Shown here: positions 28,156 to 32,000 of the stretch, piece by piece
Layout: each line of letters opens with the position of its first letter
How positions within the stretch are numbered: the first letter of the stretch is position 1
Assembly: GCF_045290265.1 (NCBI RefSeq)
Contig: NZ_CP142925.1
Reading direction: 5' to 3' (one strand)
Length of the DNA stretch: 32,000 bases
From: Escherichia coli
Lineage (GTDB): Bacteria; Pseudomonadota; Gammaproteobacteria; Enterobacterales; Enterobacteriaceae
The notes under the pieces: model-generated
What the model was told of the DNA's origin: nothing
The model's input: only the letters and a program-made list of their open reading frames with translations
Database searches by the model: none
Translations under genes and position numbers: made by a program

Positions 28156-29904
28156 TCACCCCTTGTGAAGTAACTCCATAAATGCCTCATATCCTGTTAA
28201 CCCGGCAATAACCTCTGCCGGATGCTGACACAATACGCTTGCCAGATAGCTGAATATTTTTAGCTCATGACGCGCATCGGCGGCGGCACAGGCGATCAGC
28301 ACATGGTTAACTACTTCGTTATTCACCTCAACCGGTTGGGCGAGGGTAATAAAAAATCCACGAAAACGGCGTTCCTGTTCGCTCCAGCAATGTGGGATGG
28401 CGAGACGATTAACAATCAGGTTTTCGCCTTCGCTTTCGCGGGCGATGATCCGTTGTACTTCATCGGCGGTAATGTGGTGTTGCGTCACTAATTGCGCACA
28501 AATTTGCCGGGTAATATGTTGCCAGCTTTCACCACGTACATTCGAATAATGAAAACTTCCGGGGGCAGAAAAAAAACGCTCCGGTTGCTGGCGAATAAAT
28601 GCCGTCGCCAGAAAATGTTTTATTTGTTCGATACCGGCAGCCGTAATGATATTTTTTACGATGATGCAATTATTGACCGCATCATCCAGTAAATAATGGC
28701 TGTTATTAATGATCAATAACGGCTCAATCTCTTCGCGAATGGCAACAAGTTCGCTTAAGCTACGGGCAATAATCACCCGACAATGTAAAACATCGCGCTC
28801 AATGGCGAGCTGATTAATGGTGGCAATCGCGTTCTGGTCCGAGAGCAAAATGATCGGCTGGCGTTCGTTTTGATGCCGTTCCAGCGCACAGGCAAAATAC
28901 AAACCGATCAGATCGCTGTCGAAAAGGGGAATATCGAGTTGTTCACGCAGTAGCGTAATAAAGTGCAGACTCATATCAAAGGCCGCAGGCCAGGCGGCTT
29001 TCAGGTTATTCATGCTGCTTTGGCGGTGCTCACCTATCCACACCGGCGCGGCAAGGCAACGTAATAAATGCCCGGTAATATTCTCAACCAGTTGCGTATC
29101 AATAATATTCAATGACGCAATGCCCGGCACCCTTTGCAGCAATGCCAGCACATTATCGACACAAATAACCTGCGCCTGTTGATGCTGTTTCTCTATCAAC
29201 CCCGTCAGGGTTCTTACAGCGTTATCACCAAGAAACAGGCCGCTTTGTTCAACGATTTGTTTTATCTCGTCACCGGGATATTGCGGCCACTCATCGGTCA
29301 GTTGATTACGCAGGGCGTAAATCGCCAGAATCAGGCTGGAGAGATAATCACCCTGCATCAGCGGCCAGCGGTGTTGGTTGTCGCAGACCGTGGATAATTG
29401 CTGAAGGTTGTCTCGTGTTACGCCCGCCAGAGGAATTAAAAACGGATCTTTGCGTAAAAGATTCGCCAGCAAAATAATGCGTTTCTCTTCTGTCTCATCA
29501 ATGAAATGGCCCAAACCAGGGCGACTAGCGAGACAAAAACCGCGTTCATAGCGCTGTTTCAGGCGGGGCAGGCGCTCTGCTACCCACGTTTCTGGCAAAT
29601 TAAGCGCCGAGGCGAGTTGCGCACGGGGAGTGAAGGTATTCAGTAATAGCAGCGCCAGCAGCCGATCGTCGTTATCGTGCTTTTGCAGCAACTGAAAAAA
29701 GCTGCGGCGCTCGAAGATTTCCAGCTGATAGCCCGCGTTGCCACTGGCGGAAATGCGGGCTTTGCCGTTAAGGGTAAAGTTGAGATAGTCAATATCACGC
29801 AGAATGGTCCTACCAGAAACGCCAGTCTGTTGCGCCAGCTCGCCAGGCGTGCGTGGCTGTTGCTCCAGCAGATCGACAATCTTTAACTGGCGTTCGTTTA
29901 GCAT
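28156..29904 (-). CDS. frvR: FrvR, putative BglG/MtlR-type PRD-containing transcriptional regulator
   Basis: 582-aa ORF; N-terminal HTH LLEQQPRTPGELAQQTGVSGRTILRDIDYLN, PTS-EIIA-like C-terminus. Overlaps frvX by 1 nt. Confidence 0.94.
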   Translation of the reverse strand: MLNERQLKIVDLLEQQPRTPGELAQQTGVSGRTILRDIDYLNFTLNGKARISASGNAGYQLEIFERRSFFQLLQKHDNDDRLLALLLLNTFTPRAQLASALNLPETWVAERLPRLKQRYERGFCLASRPGLGHFIDETEEKRIILLANLLRKDPFLIPLAGVTRDNLQQLSTVCDNQHRWPLMQGDYLSSLILAIYALRNQLTDEWPQYPGDEIKQIVEQSGLFLGDNAVRTLTGLIEKQHQQAQVICVDNVLALLQRVPGIASLNIIDTQLVENITGHLLRCLAAPVWIGEHRQSSMNNLKAAWPAAFDMSLHFITLLREQLDIPLFDSDLIGLYFACALERHQNERQPIILLSDQNAIATINQLAIERDVLHCRVIIARSLSELVAIREEIEPLLIINNSHYLLDDAVNNCIIVKNIITAAGIEQIKHFLATAFIRQQPERFFSAPGSFHYSNVRGESWQHITRQICAQLVTQHHITADEVQRIIARESEGENLIVNRLAIPHCWSEQERRFRGFFITLAQPVEVNNEVVNHVLIACAAADARHELKIFSYLASVLCQHPAEVIAGLTGYEAFMELLHKG

Positions 29905-30980
29905 TAATCCACCTGACGGAACTGGCTAAACGCGTTGACTTTCTCCGCGGTTAAGGTGGTCAGAAAATCCCGTATCAACGTGAGCAGAGCATCGTAATCG
30001 GCTTTTGAAATCATGCCGCTGTTGGCGTGCAGATAACGCGTTGGCAGGCACAGCGCAACAACCGGGCGACCGCCACCCATCACGTTGTAGCGCCCGCCAT
30101 CCGTCGCACCGGTTTTCATAGTGGAAAATTGCAGCGGTAAATCATTCTGCGTGGCACAGCTTTTTAACGCTGCTACCAGTTTCTGGTTGGGGAAGTAGCG
30201 CTTGTCAAACAGCATCAGCCCCGGCCCGTTGCCCAGTTTCAGCGGATATTTAATGTTATCAATGCCTGGAACATCACCTGCGACAGCGGTATCCAGCACG
30301 ATCACCACATCCGGTTTAATGTGTTCAGCCGAGGTTTGCGCCCCGCGTAGCCCAACTTCTTCTTCCACACTGCCAACGCCATACAGCGTAATTTCGGGGT
30401 TATTCACCGTCTGCAATAGCTCAGCCATCATTGCGCAGCCGATGCGATTATCCAGCGCCTTGCCGACCACTTTATCTTCGCCCCAGCAGGCAAAATTGGC
30501 TTCCGGGCTAATAAAATTGCCAATTTCCACGCCGCGTTTTTCTGCTTCTTCGCGACTGTTCGCGCCAATATCAATGAACATCTCATCAAATGACAGCGGT
30601 TGTTGCTTTTGCTTTTCCGTTAACGCATGAGGCGCGACGGAACCAATCACACCAGGGATTTTAAATCCCTTGTGTGTGCGTATGGTTACCCGGTGGTTGA
30701 GCATCGACTGATTCCACCAGCCGCCAATGGTGGTAAAACGCAGAAAACCGCTCTCGTCGATGTGGGTGACCATAAAGCCGACTTCATCCATATGCCCGAC
30801 AACGGCAACTTTTGGACCTTTATTTCCCTTACGGGCAACAAAGCTGCCCAGACCATCAAAGGTGATCTCATTAACGCAAGGTTCCAGCGTGTTTATCAGA
30901 ATGTCGCGAACTTCCTGTTCATCGCCGCTGACGGCGCTGGCTTCGCACAACTGTTGCAGTAACTCAATGTTCATGGACAA
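29904..30980 (-). CDS. frvX: FrvX, M42-family peptidase/endo-1,4-beta-glucanase-like
   Basis: 358-aa ORF with M42 metallopeptidase motifs (VGHMDEVGFMV, GVGSVEEEVGLRGA). Confidence 0.95.
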   Translation of the reverse strand: MSMNIELLQQLCEASAVSGDEQEVRDILINTLEPCVNEITFDGLGSFVARKGNKGPKVAVVGHMDEVGFMVTHIDESGFLRFTTIGGWWNQSMLNHRVTIRTHKGFKIPGVIGSVAPHALTEKQKQQPLSFDEMFIDIGANSREEAEKRGVEIGNFISPEANFACWGEDKVVGKALDNRIGCAMMAELLQTVNNPEITLYGVGSVEEEVGLRGAQTSAEHIKPDVVIVLDTAVAGDVPGIDNIKYPLKLGNGPGLMLFDKRYFPNQKLVAALKSCATQNDLPLQFSTMKTGATDGGRYNVMGGGRPVVALCLPTRYLHANSGMISKADYDALLTLIRDFLTTLTAEKVNAFSQFRQVD

Positions 30981-32000
30981 GCTCCTGTTGCGCGGCTTTC
31001 GCTTTGCGGCGTAACCACAATCCTTTCAGGACGATAATGAATGAAATGTTCAGCGCGAGGCCAATCGCCAGCACCAGATAAAACGAACCCACCGGCGACA
31101 TCAGGCCGATCAGCGGGTCAAAGATACCCAAACCAGGTGCCAGTCGTTTGATTCCGAAAGCGATCACCAGCACGCCGGTAATGCCGCCCGCCAGCGTATT
31201 GGCGGTAATCATTGGCAGTGGTGCCGCCAGAGCGTAAGGAATAGCCGGTTCGGTCGCGACCGTGGCACCGACCACAATGGCGCTACTGGCGGCTTCTTTT
31301 TCCTGTTGAGTAAACAGTTTGGGCGCAATGAACGTCGCAAGACTCGCCGCGACAGGCGGCATCAGCGCGACAACGCCGACGATGGCGTACCAGTCGTAAA
31401 TGTGTTTTTCCAGCAGTGAGAAGCAGAAGAACCAGGCGGTTTTATTGATAGGGCCGCCCATATCGAACGCCAGCATCGCACCGACCAAAAACGCTGCCGC
31501 AAACTTCATTGACGGAGGAATGGTGTTCAGGAAGTGCAGCAACCCGCCCATGAGGTCGGACATCACCGGTCCGATAACGTAGTAAGTCAGTACGCCGAAA
31601 ACCAGCAGAGTGACGAACGGGATCAGCATGGAACCGAGCAGCGGTTGTAATGCTTTGCCAAGGCGCACTTTACGGAACCAGAAGACGAAATAGCCAATCG
31701 CCAGCCCCAGCACCACCGCGCCGAGGAAGCCCGCGCCAGACTGGGTGCCGAGCAGGGCTTTGTCATTCGCCAGATAGCAAACCAGAAACGCCGGAGCGAA
31801 AGCGGGTTTATCGGCAATCGACGAGGCAATATAAGCGCCCATGATGGGGATCATAAAGGTGAAGCCGAGATAACCGATGGATTCAACCACCCAGGTAAAC
31901 GACGGCGCGCCTTTCGACATATCGGTATACGGCAAACCGAACTGCACCAGCATGTTGGCAAGCGCCACCAGGATACCGCCACCGATGACAAACGGCAGCG
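30964..32000 (-). CDS. frvB: FrvB, PTS fructose-like EIIBC component, N-terminal part outside window
   Basis: EIIC-fructose-type sequence (AMLAFDMGGPINKTAWFF). The frame is open past the tracked GTG at 31968 to the window end (LPFVIGGGILVALANML...). Confidence 0.93.
   Translation of the reverse strand, partial: LPFVIGGGILVALANMLVQFGLPYTDMSKGAPSFTWVVESIGYLGFTFMIPIMGAYIASSIADKPAFAPAFLVCYLANDKALLGTQSGAGFLGAVVLGLAIGYFVFWFRKVRLGKALQPLLGSMLIPFVTLLVFGVLTYYVIGPVMSDLMGGLLHFLNTIPPSMKFAAAFLVGAMLAFDMGGPINKTAWFFCFSLLEKHIYDWYAIVGVVALMPPVAASLATFIAPKLFTQQEKEAASSAIVVGATVATEPAIPYALAAPLPMITANTLAGGITGVLVIAFGIKRLAPGLGIFDPLIGLMSPVGSFYLVLAIGLALNISFIIVLKGLWLRRKAKAAQQELVHEH

Noticed and set aside
30964-31968. FrvB appears short (334 aa)
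   Set aside because: The GTG at 31968 is an internal codon. The frame continues upstream to the window end, so it is an edge truncation, not a gene deletion.

Overview
This window is an Escherichia coli (or very close relative) chromosomal segment that follows the K-12 order yihO-yihP-yihQ-yihR-yihS-yihT-yihU-yihV-yihW-yihX-yihY-dtd-fabY(yiiD)-yiiE-yiiF-fdhE-fdoI-fdoH-fdoG-fdhD-yiiG-frvR-frvX-frvB. The left third is the sulfoquinovose (sulfo-EMP) catabolism locus. The right third is the formate dehydrogenase-O region and the frv operon. Compared with the K-12 order as I recall it, four things differ. (1) A TauE/SafE-family permease gene sits between yihQ and yihR. (2) An accessory block of about 5 kb lies between fabY and yiiE. 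It encodes an AT-rich protein of about 604 aa with a CX5R motif (GCKSAKDRT) like the SopB/IpgD/SidF phosphoinositide phosphatases, an HSL-type esterase, a HigB/NadS-type toxin-antitoxin pair and two small uncharacterised ORFs. It also holds two copies of a ~100-nt structured element, one containing a perfect 19+3+19 inverted repeat and the other positioned to hide a Shine-Dalgarno sequence. (3) yiiE and yiiF look like a tandemly duplicated antitoxin cassette whose PIN toxins have decayed. (4) yiiG looks truncated at its 5' end. fdoG is read through an in-frame UGA (selenocysteine). The most novel candidates are the SopB-like ORF and the duplicated hairpin element. All homology statements come from memory and motif recognition; no database search was run.
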